Assembly: GCA_963664305.2 (NCBI GenBank)
Contig: CAXXLV010000002.1
Location: 1,504,001 to 1,568,000, forward strand
Origin: an uncultured Aliarcobacter sp.
GTDB lineage: Bacteria > Campylobacterota > Campylobacteria > Campylobacterales > Arcobacteraceae
Reading direction: 5' to 3'
DNA: 64,000 nucleotides
Of this stretch, positions 63,043-64,000 are shown piece after piece. A program made the position numbers and the translations under genes. Below the pieces are notes generated by a model. It saw only the letters and a program-made list of their open reading frames with translations. It did not search any database and had not been told where the DNA came from. Numbering within the stretch: the first letter of the stretch is position 1; the number at the start of each line of letters is the position of its first letter.

Positions 63043-63354
63043 TTTTCTCTCCTTTCCGTACAAATATTAAATTATATACAAATATTAAGCTTAATTTAAT
63101 TATTAAACTATTACAATTCATTAATTTAAATATTGAATTTTATTCAACTATTGAATTACTGTTTATAATTTAGATTAAAAGATTTAAATGCAAACTACAT
63201 GCAAATTCTATCAAAAATCTAATTATTGTACAAATTCTAATTATTTTAATATTGAATTTACTCCCTCTGTAAGTTCAGTTAGTCAAATGAGGGGAAAGAC
63301 ATTTTAGTCGTAGCCGATTGGTATTAAATCGATTAAATAATAAAAGGAAAAAAT

Positions 63355-63735
63355 ATGTCAACTGAAAAAACTACAAACAACTTAGTAAAACCAATTCAAT
63401 TAACTGAACATGGTTGTTATTTATATGGTACTTTAGATGGTATCGACTTTACTGCTTCTGGTGTATTCCCTGAAACTAAAAAACCTTATGGTGCTAGTGT
63501 TAAACTTAAATTTATTATGAAAACATTAAGTCATAAAGAATTAAATGGTGTAAAAATTCCAGTTCAAAATGCTAGGTCTGTAATTGTTAAATTAAATACA
63601 ACAGATGACAAATTACCTGCTTTAGTTCAAAAATATAATGAATTAGTAAGTAAAAACTTATTTGTAAATTATATTCCTAAAGATGGAGATGTTTTAAATA
63701 TTGATGATGAAAATGAGATTATTGAAATAAAGTAA
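63355..63735 (+). CDS. Hypothetical protein, beta-rich with acidic C-terminal tail
   Basis: SD AAAGGA, 126-aa ORF; no family recognised with confidence. Confidence 0.7.
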   Translation: MSTEKTTNNLVKPIQLTEHGCYLYGTLDGIDFTASGVFPETKKPYGASVKLKFIMKTLSHKELNGVKIPVQNARSVIVKLNTTDDKLPALVQKYNELVSKNLFVNYIPKDGDVLNIDDENEIIEIK

Positions 63736-64000
63736 TTTCTTAATGTTGGGGCATTGAGTTTTAATTCCGTACACTCTTGTAAGTCCCCCTCCATTATATA
63801 AGACTCGATTTTTAAAAATACAGAAGATATCTCGGCTCGTTAGATATGTAAGACTGTAATTTTTAAAAATGAGTAAACAAACGAAGTGCGTTAGGCTTCA
63901 AATGATGACTATGAAAAGTCTAGCTATTTGCTACTAGATGGCTCTTTGCACGAATAGAAAAAAATATAAATATTGTTGAGTACATATTTTTTGTGTATTC

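Larger units (their letters stand above)
62700..64000. mobile_element. Probable left end of an integrated phage/plasmid-like element
   Basis: Divergent HTH/ORF switch, repeated operator-like words, long hairpins; no integrase or rep gene visible in the window. Confidence 0.35.

Overview
Very AT-rich chromosomal segment. Gene content and style point to Arcobacteraceae (Campylobacterota); this is inference. About 1-36.7 kb is mostly housekeeping and signalling genes (folC, lptE, leuS, secDF-yajC, lnt, cca, mscS, proS, hemA, ispB, hisD, aroK, MCP, GGDEF/EAL, exbBD). About 36.7-59.2 kb is a complete PQQ-dependent alcohol-oxidation cluster. It has aldB/DUF779, a FIST histidine kinase with an OmpR-type regulator, and pqqABCDE (pqqA is missing from the ORF track; found at 44604-44678). 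Its one dehydrogenase is PedH/ExaF-type, with the lanthanide-diagnostic WDFDG motif and a lipoprotein signal. It also has a PedA1A2BC-like ABC system, a porin, a PqqT-like ABC system, cytochrome c550 (PedF), a PedG/XoxJ-like protein, a SoxYZ-like carrier and an MBL-fold hydrolase. Seven promoters in the cluster share an 11-bp-periodic GCTAWA direct repeat exactly 9 nt upstream of a -10 hexamer, suggesting one regulon. After pepA, fbaA and peb4, the last ~1.3 kb looks like the edge of an integrated element (HTH gene, divergent ORF, long hairpins). All family assignments are by motif recognition; no searches were run.
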